64,000 nt of DNA. Origin: Paraspadella gotoi (taxonomy: Eukaryota; Animalia; Chaetognatha). The translations under genes and the position numbers were made by a program. How positions within the stretch are numbered: position 1 is the first letter of the stretch; each line of letters starts with the position of its first letter. The notes beneath the pieces are model-generated. The model made no database searches, was not told where the DNA came from, and worked only from the letters and a program-made list of their open reading frames with translations. This document shows positions 44,173 to 54,693 of the stretch, piece by piece. The stretch spans positions 3,560,589-3,624,588 of the forward strand of contig CM119265.1 of assembly GCA_051294375.1 (NCBI GenBank), written 5' to 3'.

Positions 44173-47100
44173 ATGACTGCTACGGGCGAGTGCCAGGTGC
44201 AGGTCTCCACCTGGCCCTTGGTCGGCTCCATATTCGACATCTACAATGTCATTGATCGAGAGACGCTTCTGCCCAAAGGATGGACGTGCGTCTCTTGCGT
44301 TACAGTTGGTAAATATTTAGATGTTTACGTTATTAATTAAACTCTTTTTAAAATTCTCTGTATTATTATTACTCTCAAGGATTCGATAGGATAACTTTTC
44401 ACTAAAATTAATAATGGGCTTGCCTTTGACGTGGTTATTATCGTACTTTAGTTGTCTCGTGAATATCACGCTCTTCCAGGCGACGATCAAGGCCTCACAT
44501 TCGCCCACGTGACTCTGGAGGCGAAAGGAGAGAACGCCTTCTGCGACCGCATCGTCACCGTCGTCCCCATCATCGAGGAGAGCGAGAACGTGGCCGACGG
44601 CGTCGAGGTCGTGGAGGAACTCCCAGAGATGCTTTTGCAGGCGAGCTGAAGACAATGCTGTGGAAAAGTTTGAACCTGAGAAGTGGTTAAGCTTGCCGTC
44701 CCATTCTTCTCTTCCTCTTCTTTCATCCTCCTCCTGCCCCTCGGTATATTTTGTCTAGCGATACTTTCTCTAGTTTCTACTCTTCGTGAAATATACCATT
44801 TTCTCCCTCTATTTCCTCACGCCTTCAATACCTTTTCTTTTCTTCTTTATTTCTTATTCTTTCCTTTTCTTTTCTAGCTATTTTTCACCTTCTCTATCTC
44901 TTTCTCTTTTCCTTCTCTTTCCACTCTTTTCCCCTATTTTCTTTCCTTCCATTTTTAATGTCCCCCCTTTTTCTCTCCTCCAGGTCGTCGCCAAAGACTT
45001 GAGCGACAAAAGTGGCTCCCCAAACTTTTTGGTGACGCAAATCAAATCCGTCGCCGACGTCGTCGACATCCTCGACGACGAAAAGACCTACAGACCCGAC
45101 GCCCATCGCGACGACGACGATCGTGACGACGACGATCGCGAGGACGATGACGACGACGACGACGACGAAAAACGCGACGGAGAAACGATCGAGATCGAGG
45201 AGGAAGTCCAGGAGGAAGAAGAGGAAGAAAGAGAGGAAGAGGAGGAGAAAAGCGACGAGGAAGAAGCGGAGAAAGAGATGGAGGCGTCGAGAGAAAGCCA
45301 GAGTTCGTTGGAGAAGGGAGAGAAGACGAAGAAGAGGGTCGCCAAGAAGTCGACGGGGATGAAGAGGACCGTGGAGAAGGAAGCTGGTGAAAAGGGGGAG
45401 AGAGAAAGAGAGAGTTTATAACCTTAATAATTAAGATTTATTTTCATCCTCTTTCTTCCGTCTTTAGAGGAACATCTCTCGGACGCGAGCAGTCAAAAAA
45501 AGCGAGCCAAAATCGCTTCTTCCTCCTCTCTCTCCTCCTCCTCTGAAGACGCCCACGCCAAACCCAAAAACGGCTTCGTTGATCCCAATCGACCTTTTCA
45601 AGTATAAATAAATGGTTTTTCTTTGAAAGAGCCTAAGGCTGAGGCAGTTTGAAGACTGTCTCCCCTTTTTCCCACTTTTTATGCATTAGCTTATTTCCTG
45701 ACCTTTTTTTCCTAATCTCGTTGCTATTTTCAACCTTCCTAACCTTTTCCGACCTTACTCTCATTCATTTTACAGTGCATGGAGTGCGAGTCGTCCTTCA
45801 AATACCGCAACCACTTCAAAGACCACCTTCGCGTCCACACTGACGACACGTTCGAGTGTCCCATCTGCCGGTTCGAGACCAAGGCGCAATCCCTCTTCAC
45901 CACTCACATGACCAAACACGGGTCCGGACAATACAGTTGCTCCGATCATGGCACCTCCTGCAAGAAGGTCTTCAACCGGTTGCACGATCTGGCGCGGCAC
46001 CTGCCCAAGGACCACGGGATCGACACGGGCTTCAAGCTTCATCACTTCGACCCGGAGAAAGGTGCGTTGAAGGAACTGCTATGTGATCAGGCAAGGGGCG
46101 GTCGTCCTCTCGTCAAGAAGCCGTGCGAAGGTAAGACGACGAAAATAGCGCCGCCTACGCCCACGAGACGCCGCGCCCAATCGCCCGGCGACGCCGGTGC
46201 CATCCGACGCCTACCTTCTTTTCACTTTCCGCCAACGCCGTCGGACGACGCCGGACTCGACTGGAGCGCCGATCGCGTCGACAACGGTTTCGCCGACGAC
46301 GGTTTCAGCTCCGGCGGCGCCATCAGCATCGGAGGCTCCATTAACATAGTCGTCGACGGCGCCGGAGATCCGGGCGGCGTCTCTTCCCTGGAGATTCAAA
46401 GCGTGACCCTCTACGACGACTATCTCGACTCCAACGTCGCTGACACTTCGGACATCGACCCTCCGCCGCCGCCGCCTCCTCTAGTACCCCTTCAACACTC
46501 GCGACCCGACACTGTCGCCGCCGCCAAAAACAAGCGAGAAGCCATCGAGGAGAAGCGCGAGACCAAGTCTCTCGAGAACATGCCGGAAGTTGAACAATCT
46601 CAGAGCAGCCGAGGACGTCAGCGGTTTCAGACAAAAGTCTACGAAGCTCCTGTCGACACGCCCAAAAAACGGAACGCGTCGGGAGAGAAGAAGATTAAAA
46701 CTGCGAAAAATTCGGCGACAAAAATTAGAGAGGCGTCGATTTCGACAACGAGATCGATTACTCTTCTTCCTCCGAAGATGCCCAACTCTTTCGTCCATCA
46801 ACCGCCTTCGACTTTCGCTTCTCCCTCATCCTCCTCTCCTCCTCCTCCTCCCGTCCAATCCCTCGCCGCCAAATCCTCCGTCGTCTTCACTCCGACAGGC
46901 AACAACCGCGTCGCCGACCTCGCCGACCCCTCCGACGAATGGCTCGCCCGGTATCCTCTAGACTGCGCCGCCTGTGGGTTGGGCCGCTTCAAGAGCGAAC
47001 ACTACTTTCAAAATCATCACCGCAACGTCCACAACGTGGACCGACCCTGGATCTGTCAATCCCCGGGCTGCACCTCCTCATTTCGACAGGTGCCACACTA

Positions 47101-47578
47101 TCGAGAGCATATCCGCGGCACCCACCATCCCAACGTCAAAACGTTCAAGTGTATCTTCTGCGACTATCGCTGCCCCACGGCCACTATGCTTACAGCTCAC
47201 AGGGCCAAGCAACACAGCTGCTTTGCATGCCCCAAGTGTAGCAAAAAGTTTAACTCTAACCGGGCCCTTTACGAGCATCAGGCTAAGCAAGGCCACTACG
47301 GGCCGGAAGGACCGGCGGCCGTCGCGGCAGGTTTGGACTTGAAGAGTCCGGCTTCGTCAAAATCCTCGTCGCCGGCGCCGGCTTCCGAATCCACGTTGCT
47401 CACGGATTTTCGGATGGAGAGCGTTTCTTTGGAGGCGGAACCGGAAGTGGATCCTCTTCGATCGTCTTACGGGTCGTCGGTGAAGTCTTTAGGGGAGGAA
47501 GAGTTCGGGATAAGCAACGATCTGGCGGAGGAGTTTTATGAGAAGATTTGGAGATTAGAGCTTAGAGTGGGAGATTAG
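44173..47578 (+). CDS. C2H2 zinc-finger protein B (paralog of A; 7 fingers)
   Basis: Exons 44173-44308, 44480-44640, 44984-45386, 45468-45601 and 45776-47578; intron 2 is GC-AG. N-terminus CQVQVSTWPLVGSIFDIYNVIDRETLLPKGW aligns with CQVEVGQWPLHGTLFDLFSVVERESFLPRGW in A. HDLARHLP.DH..DTGFKL.HF is shared. Confidence 0.9.
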
Positions 47579-48325
47579 AGTGGGTGATTAGAACTGAAAA
47601 GAGTGGGTAATTAGAACTGAGGAGAGTGGGTGATTAGAACTGAGGAGAGTGGGTGATTAGACTGAGGAGAGTGGGTGATTAGAACTGAGGAGAGTGGGTG
47701 ATTAGAACTGAGGAGAGTGGGTGATTAGAACTGAGGAGAGTGGGTGATTAGAACTGAGGAGAGTGGGTGATTAGAAGAGGGGTGATTGATTGAGATGGTG
47801 ATAGATGAGAGTGTATTAGAGAGAGTGGGTGATTAGAATGAGAGTGGGTGATTAGAACTTGAGAGTGGGTGATTAGAACTAGGAGAGTGGGTGATTAGAA
47901 TGAGAGTGGGTGATTAGAACTTGAGAGTGGGTGATTAGAATTGGAGAGTGGGTGATTAGAACTGGAGAGTGGGTGATTAGAATGTGAGAGTGGGTGATTA
48001 GAATGAGAGTGGGTGATTAGAATGAGGAGAGTGGGTGATTAGAACTGAGGAGAGTGGGTGATTAGAACTGAGGAGAGTGGGTGATTAGAACTGAGGAGAG
48101 TGGGTGATTAGAACTGAGGAGAGTGGGTGATTAGAACTGAGGAGAGTGGTGATTAGAACTGAGGAGAGTGGGTGATTAGAACTGAGGAGAGTGGGTGATT
48201 GAAACTGAGGAGAGTGGCTGATTGGAACAGGGGAGAGGGGGGCTGATTGAACTGAGGAGAGTGGGTGATTAGAACTGAGGAGAAGGGGGTGCTGATTGGA
48301 ACTGAGGACAGAGGGGGTGATTGGA
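47565..48325. repeat. 23-bp minisatellite (GAGAGTGGGTGATTAGAACTGAG)
   Basis: About 33 imperfect copies, beginning across the stop codon of ZF gene B. Confidence 0.95.
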
Positions 48326-49007
48326 AAATCTCGTCACCATCATGTGGATCACAAAAGAAGAGTTAACGATGCAACTAATTTCGTTCCAGAGATTATATGC
48401 CTACATTAAGTTTCAAACTGATTTGATATGGCTTCAGTTTTTATCTGATCTGATCTAAGTCAATGCGTTTTCTTTTCGTTATTCCATTTAACCTATTCAA
48501 AGTACTCTACCCTACTAGTCGTTTTTTATTAGTCAAGATAGTATTTTCCGTTATATTGATCGTAAATTTGTTTTATTCATGACATTCATTGAACATTATA
48601 AATTAGGCTATGCTTTTTCCGCTGAAAATTGTTTTAAATTTGGAAGGGAAGACCGGTTTTGAGTCAGTTAAAATTTTAAAATCTTTTTTTTTATTTTCAA
48701 GGGAATCATTGAAAAAATGAAAACACTATTCAAAAGTCAAAGTAACTATTTTAATTACTGATATTGAGACACAGGTCTAATAATTATTTTAGCTTAATTA
48801 TTATTTACCGCTTTCTTGCGACAAGAGATTGCTCAGTGATTCCGCATTGAAAAGAAAGAAAAGATTCTTGGAATAAATTAATAATAGTTAATTTGGATCG
48901 CGAAAGGTTTAAGTTTTCTTTCATGAATACTTTTTTAAACAGAGAATCTTTTCTTTCTTTTCGCCCTTGCCCCACTCTCCTTCCCCTATCACAAACCATC
49001 GACGAAG

Positions 49008-51633
49008 ATCGGATGAAAGAAAAGCAAATCAAGCGGGTCATGAAATGGGCCACTTCCATGTCCAAGAGATCGCCAAAGTCAGCGGTTCGGGGACGCTCCC
49101 GCGCACCCGCAACCTCCCGTTCCAAATCCTCGTCCGGAGACGACGATGATGACCATGAAGCCAGTCGACGGAATAGACGATCTTCAGCTGGCGTTTCGAA
49201 GAAGGCTCCCACCCGATCCCCAAACGGAACTTACGCAAGCAGAGAGGTTGGGTCTTGAGAAGGCTGTGAGGGGGCTGGGTTGTGCGGAATCACTGAGCGA
49301 AAATTTAATAAGAACCGGCAAGTTCAAGGTGTTGAGTTACGCAGCAGTGACTTTTATATGCATTCATTTATAGATGTTCACGTGATTACAAGAGTATGAA
49401 ACATACGAATGTGTATTGTGTGATCAACGAGTGTCTTATGTAGCTCCTCAACTGTAAAATATTAACTAAAATGATCGAGTATTAAACAAACTATGCCGCT
49501 ATGCCTTTTTGATCCCGCGTTTTTACTCGGCCACGTGAAATCCATTTGAATCGTTTAATAATACTTCATACCAATTATTAACAAAGAATGATTCAGATGA
49601 TTACATTAACTACTAAGATAGTTTTATTTTCGAGAGCACTGCGATATTCAATTAAAAATTATGCATAAAAAAATTTTCTGACTTTTAACACCATTCAATC
49701 CTGGTGACAGCGCGGGAAAGTGATGTCCAGACGCCGCGGTGGACCGCAGGCGAGAGACTCCGATCGTAAACTCGAGGCGAAGCGAAGGTCCGATGTCCGG
49801 ACGTCGTCGTCGTCGGAGAGTAGCGAAGACGACGACGATGAAGACTACGATGACACGACGACGACGAAATCCTCCAAACGCTCCGTCCCTCCCGGTGCTC
49901 CGCAGCGTTCCCGATCTCCCTCCGCCGCCGTCCCTGCCACTCTCATCAAAGCCTCTGATTTGCCAAGAAACTCTGCCGCAGCAGACGCAGCATCCGCCTG
50001 TGCTGCGAGCCCCGTCCAGTCTTCCTCGCCTCCGCAGACCCGTGGCGTGCCTTTTCGACCCCTCAATCGGCCGGCGGGAACAGAGCCGAGCGCCCGAGAG
50101 GGCGACGCTGAAGATTCGGACATTCCCGATCCGGCCGAGTTGTGGTTGCGTCATTATCGACTGGGATGCGATGAATGCGGAGTCCCGGATTTTGGGTTAG
50201 AATATTAAGAAATGAAATTGGTACAACCAATATAAAAATTAATTAATAGAACTTAAAATTACTTAAGATTACGTCGAATTTTGTCAGGATTAGAGAATTC
50301 GTAGTCATTGCTTAATTACAGGGCTTATCGTATACCAATCGTATTGGTATCTTGTTATATGAATTTTTATGAAATTGTCATAAAAATTAAAATTTTAATA
50401 ATTTAAACTCAGATCGGACAGTCAGTTCGTACAGCATCACTTGGAGAAGCACAGCGACGATAGACCGTACAAGTGTCAAAATCTGGAGAAAGATCACGCC
50501 ACGCCCAAAAAAGACAAGAACTGCACCAGCTCTTTCAGGCAGCGTCATCACTACAAGGAGCACATCCGAGGTGAGATTTGATACTTGAAGACATCAAGTT
50601 TATAATTATATTATGGCAACAGGGAGACATGTGTGATGCCCGAGGTGTGAGGCATCTCCCGACAGCTGGCGCTCAGGGCTTTGGAACAGCTGAAAACACC
50701 CAATGTCACTGGCGTGCTTGTGCCGACGCCATCACACTTACCACCGTGACCGTAAGGGTATTGAACCCGGAACTCACGGTACTTAGCTGTCCAAGCCAAT
50801 TCGGCGAGCTGAGTTTCACCAGCTCTACGGGAGGCCTATTTAAGAATCGCCACAATATGTAAATAAGAACTGTATCAGCATTTTACTAATGCTATCTGTG
50901 AGACCATTGCGTTAGCGAGGGCGGATATACCAAAATCCTTAGGCTTCACTGAAGCCTTCAGCTTCCATTAGAATTTGACCAAATGTGAGTTAAAAAATGA
51001 GAATCGACCAATTTGTTTTACAAAACTATCTCCCTTAAAGGTGTCCACAACCCGGAAATCAAACACTTCAAATGTAAACTCTGTCCCAAGCGATACTCGA
51101 CGCGCACCGGCCTCACCAACCACTCAGCGACTCACCACTCGGCCTTCAAATGCCCAACTTGCGACGCCGGCTTCAACAAGGACACCGCATTGCAAAAGCA
51201 CATGGTGGAGCTCAATCATTTCGGGGACGTCGCCGATCGCTCCTCCTTTGACGAAGAAGAGTTACGCCGGAGCCTCGACGAGATGGCGCGATCTATCGGG
51301 CGGGCGCCGCCGCCGCCGTTTCCTGCCACTTCATCTACGGCGTCATCCTTATTCCGGCGTTCCCGGGGAGGAAAAGCGTCTTATCGCGGTTTCCGGGTCG
51401 GCGTTGTCGGTCGGGGAAGAGCGTCGTCGGCGCCGCCACCGCTAATTCCATTCGCGGCGTCGCTGGGGAAGCGAATGCCGTTCGGAAGAGGATTCCCCGC
51501 TACTGGACGCGGCGCCGCTGCGGTGCGGAAACCTCGGCCGTTTCTAGGAACGCCGTTTAGAAGGCAGGGAAATGTGGCGCCTATCAAGAAGAAGTTAGAA
51601 TCGGAGGATATCGAGGAAGTGGTGTTGGATTAA
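49008..51633 (+). CDS. C2H2 zinc-finger module C (fingers 4-7 only; separate short gene or alternative 3' end)
   Basis: Exons 49008 (or ATG 49013)-49246, 49711-50195, 50413-50570 and 51041-51633, phase-consistent. YKEHIRG|VHNPEIKHFKCK.CPKRYSTR.GLT is nearly identical to gene A. Confidence 0.85.
50605..50838 (-). mobile_element. SINE family A, copy 2 (intronic)
   Basis: The reverse strand has CCGGGTTCAATACC, TAAGTGTGATGGCGTCGGCACAAGCACGCCAGTGAC and GGGCATCACAC...GTTGCCATA, aligning with copy 1. Confidence 0.75.
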
Positions 51634-52478
51634 AAAAGTTTGTTAATTAATTAATTTAATTAATTATACTTCAAGATGATGATGAAGATATTTTTCTTTG
51701 CCGAGCATTGCAAGCAAAGTTTTTTTTAGATTTAAAGTTTAAAAAAGTAAAAAAAATAATAAATAAAAGGATAAACTGAACGATGTATAGATAATTGCTA
51801 CATATATAACTTCAATTTTTTTTGGTAGTCGATGGGAGAGAGATCGAAAGCTGATGAAAAGTGAGTCGAGCCTAAAACAATGCATAAATGTACTAATAAT
51901 AATTAGTTTCGAACTATCCTACGTACTGAATACGTCAGATTTTAAATTCAGTTTTTTTTTTATGAACTTTTGCGTGACTTCGTAGGTCAACGAAGCCTTA
52001 ATGAGGCCCGATTATTGATTATATTGATTTTTTTTTCCAGAAGTTTCTATGTTGAATAAACATTGTTGATTAATGATTGTTTGCGAAATAAAGATTTAGT
52101 TATTTTGACTGGATTTGTTCCTAAAATAGGGAAGAGCAGGTTCTCTGGAAGTAAATAAACTAGACTGTAAGAGACTCCTGATCGAAACCTCGCAGGATCT
52201 TTTATTATCTTGTAAAAAGGATAGTTCTTAACCCACCGTATCCGGTCCAAAGTCGGGAGCAAGATAGGTTCGAGTGAAGGAAAAAAATCAAGGCGGGAAA
52301 TTGAGAATATTTTTTGTATTTATATCATATTTTGAACCAAAAATAAAAAGGTTAAAGCGTAATATTAATTCTAACAAGCAATTGATTGAGCACGAAGTCA
52401 CTGACAACCTAATCTTGATTCTGACCAGAACGGTCACTTTCAAGACTATTTTCGACCCCAGTAGCAATGGGTCTTCTC

Positions 52479-54649
52479 CTATTTCCCTCTCCCTTTTCGT
52501 CTCCTGATTTCCGGCGGCAAATCGAGTCCCAAAAATTTGGCGACGGAGACGAAAAAACTTTTGACGCCGAGGACGAAGGGCGAATCGGAGGGGGAAGGTG
52601 GGGGCGGTGGGGGGAGTGGAAAAGGTTGGCTGAGGTTATGGAGGAAGTGAAACAAGTCGGGAATGATTCAGTCTTTCGTGAATTTCTTCTTTCATAAATC
52701 CCATTAAATACGACTTATGCGCCCAATATCAAAATACGTTTTCCCAGTATAGTTGTAAAACTCAAATCACCGACCCCTTCAAGTTTTCTTCGCCACGGCA
52801 TCCGTTGACATGACCCGTTGGTACGGACAAAGCCCATTCGACACGCGCATGCGTACGAACCGAAAGTGTTTACGCAAACCTATTATATCGTGAAGGTAGA
52901 AAGTGAAAAGTCTTAAATGCATACATGCAGTTTTCTCTGTCTTTGCCTCGTTTCTTCCATCGCAAAGTCTTTCCGTTTCGGAAACACTCGTTCCCACGTC
53001 CAAACATCTTTTCGAAGCTCATCTCCCACTTGAGGTGATCCGCTGTATTCCCGGCTGACGAGTATAAAGAGTTAATTGTGGCGGTATATTCACACCGCCT
53101 CACGTCCACGCATTCCTTCAGCCCAAAATCCATTGGCTCAGGGGGGGAAACACACCATCCCAGGCGTAGTGTCTCCAATCCACAGTTCCTAAGCGACTTC
53201 CCCTGCCGTTAGGCAAAGCGAGACCGTCCTAGGGTAAACCGCGCCAGTGACTGGAGAGTGTCACTGAGGCGTCGGAAGCCCCCCCATAAGCCAACAGTTG
53301 AGATGCGCCCATCCCAATGGGCATCACAGGCAACCCTGGCTGTTGCCATAGTAAGTATTGTTAAACGAATCACTTGTAGAGACTACGAACGAGCAAAGCA
53401 GAGATATATTTAAATTTGAATTAAATTAAATTCCATTGACGGAAAATTAAAAAATTATGGTGGATCTAAAACCCACCAACCGTTCATCAGCGGCCATTGG
53501 TGCCAGAGGCAAGTCATTCACCTCCCAACCAAAGGTCCGGGGTTCTAGCCGGTGGTCGTCTGGCAGTTAAGAGGAGACGGGGTCGCTTAACCCCGACCTG
53601 TAGACACGGTGTTTACAGCCCTGATCGCGAAGCTCAGGGGACTGGCTTTTATATTGAACGGTTCTGTCACTAACATATAACAATAATTACTGTCTCTTCA
53701 AAATTATTATTTTATTATGATTATTTTTATTATTATCACTTTTAGAGAAAGTTGTCGCACCTTGCAATCGCAAGAGTAGTTCATGAAGTTCCTCTTTAAC
53801 ATCTCGAAATCAAGGTTTTCATCGGGCGGCAGGCGACAAGCTCCGTCGGCGACGCCGAAGCAAGGGTTCGACGGAAGCCATCCGGCAGACCGCCTCTTCG
53901 TAGGCCTGGCCTGACGACAATTTATGCGCTTATTATTGCCGAACTTTATTTATACTTTTGTTAATGTGATTAAAATGATTTGACCCACCCGGAGGATCGA
54001 CGCCGGGATTGGTGGATGGAATGGCACCGCAGCAAAGGGTCCGGACAGAAACTCAGAAGGGCGCAATCTATAGTCAGAGAGTGGGTCTTTAAATATTGTC
54101 AATATCTTAATATTATCATTAATTAATTTCCTCCATTTATCAAATTATTCCCTACCGTAATCGTCGTCGTCTTCCGTCCTGTAGTCGTTCATCCGACGCA
54201 GATGTCGCCCCAGCTCGAAGACCTCACGTCTTGAGAATAAAAAAAAAACAAAAGATAATCGATCATAAGTGATAATTTTAACCATTAATTATTATCATTT
54301 CGATTGATGTTAGATAAAGATTCTCCTTTATCAAGATCCCTCCTTCAGTCTTTAAGAGTTCGTTTATCTCGACGCTTATCTCTGATTTTTGTTTCGAGGA
54401 AACCGCCCAGCGAAATCTTGTTTTTTTTAGACTCGAAATTAAATTTAAACTTTATATAAATTTTACTTAAGTCAAGAAAATGGCGAAGGCGTCATCGATG
54501 GACGACGACGTCAAAAAATATGCGTACGGAATAGAATTTAAAGCCAAACTCATCGGTCAGTTTATATTTTAAAAAATCAATAATATGTCATTCCATTTTA
54601 ATCTTATCTTTGTCTGTTAAAATCAAATTTCTTTCTCTCTCTCTCTCGT

Positions 54650-54693
<44 letters not shown>

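Noticed and set aside
39588-47342. Overlapping antisense and alternative-frame ORFs across the ZF exons
   Set aside because: Expected shadows of GC-rich, CG-biased codons; no recognisable products.
47565-48325. CRISPR-like array (also 58915-59145 and 20955-21164)
   Set aside because: Units are contiguous with no unique spacers, there are no cas genes, and the context is eukaryotic.
53050-53155. Hammerhead ribozyme (CTGACGA ... GAAA)
   Set aside because: No stem II/III pairing found; CTGACGA is simply the reverse complement of a splice acceptor.
53318-53350. 18S rRNA fragment (GGGCATCACAG)
   Set aside because: Only ~11 nt match; the flanks belong to the SINE tail.
53490-53560. Functional tRNA gene
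   Set aside because: Anticodon and T stems pair poorly and the sequence continues into a non-tRNA body; treated as a SINE head.
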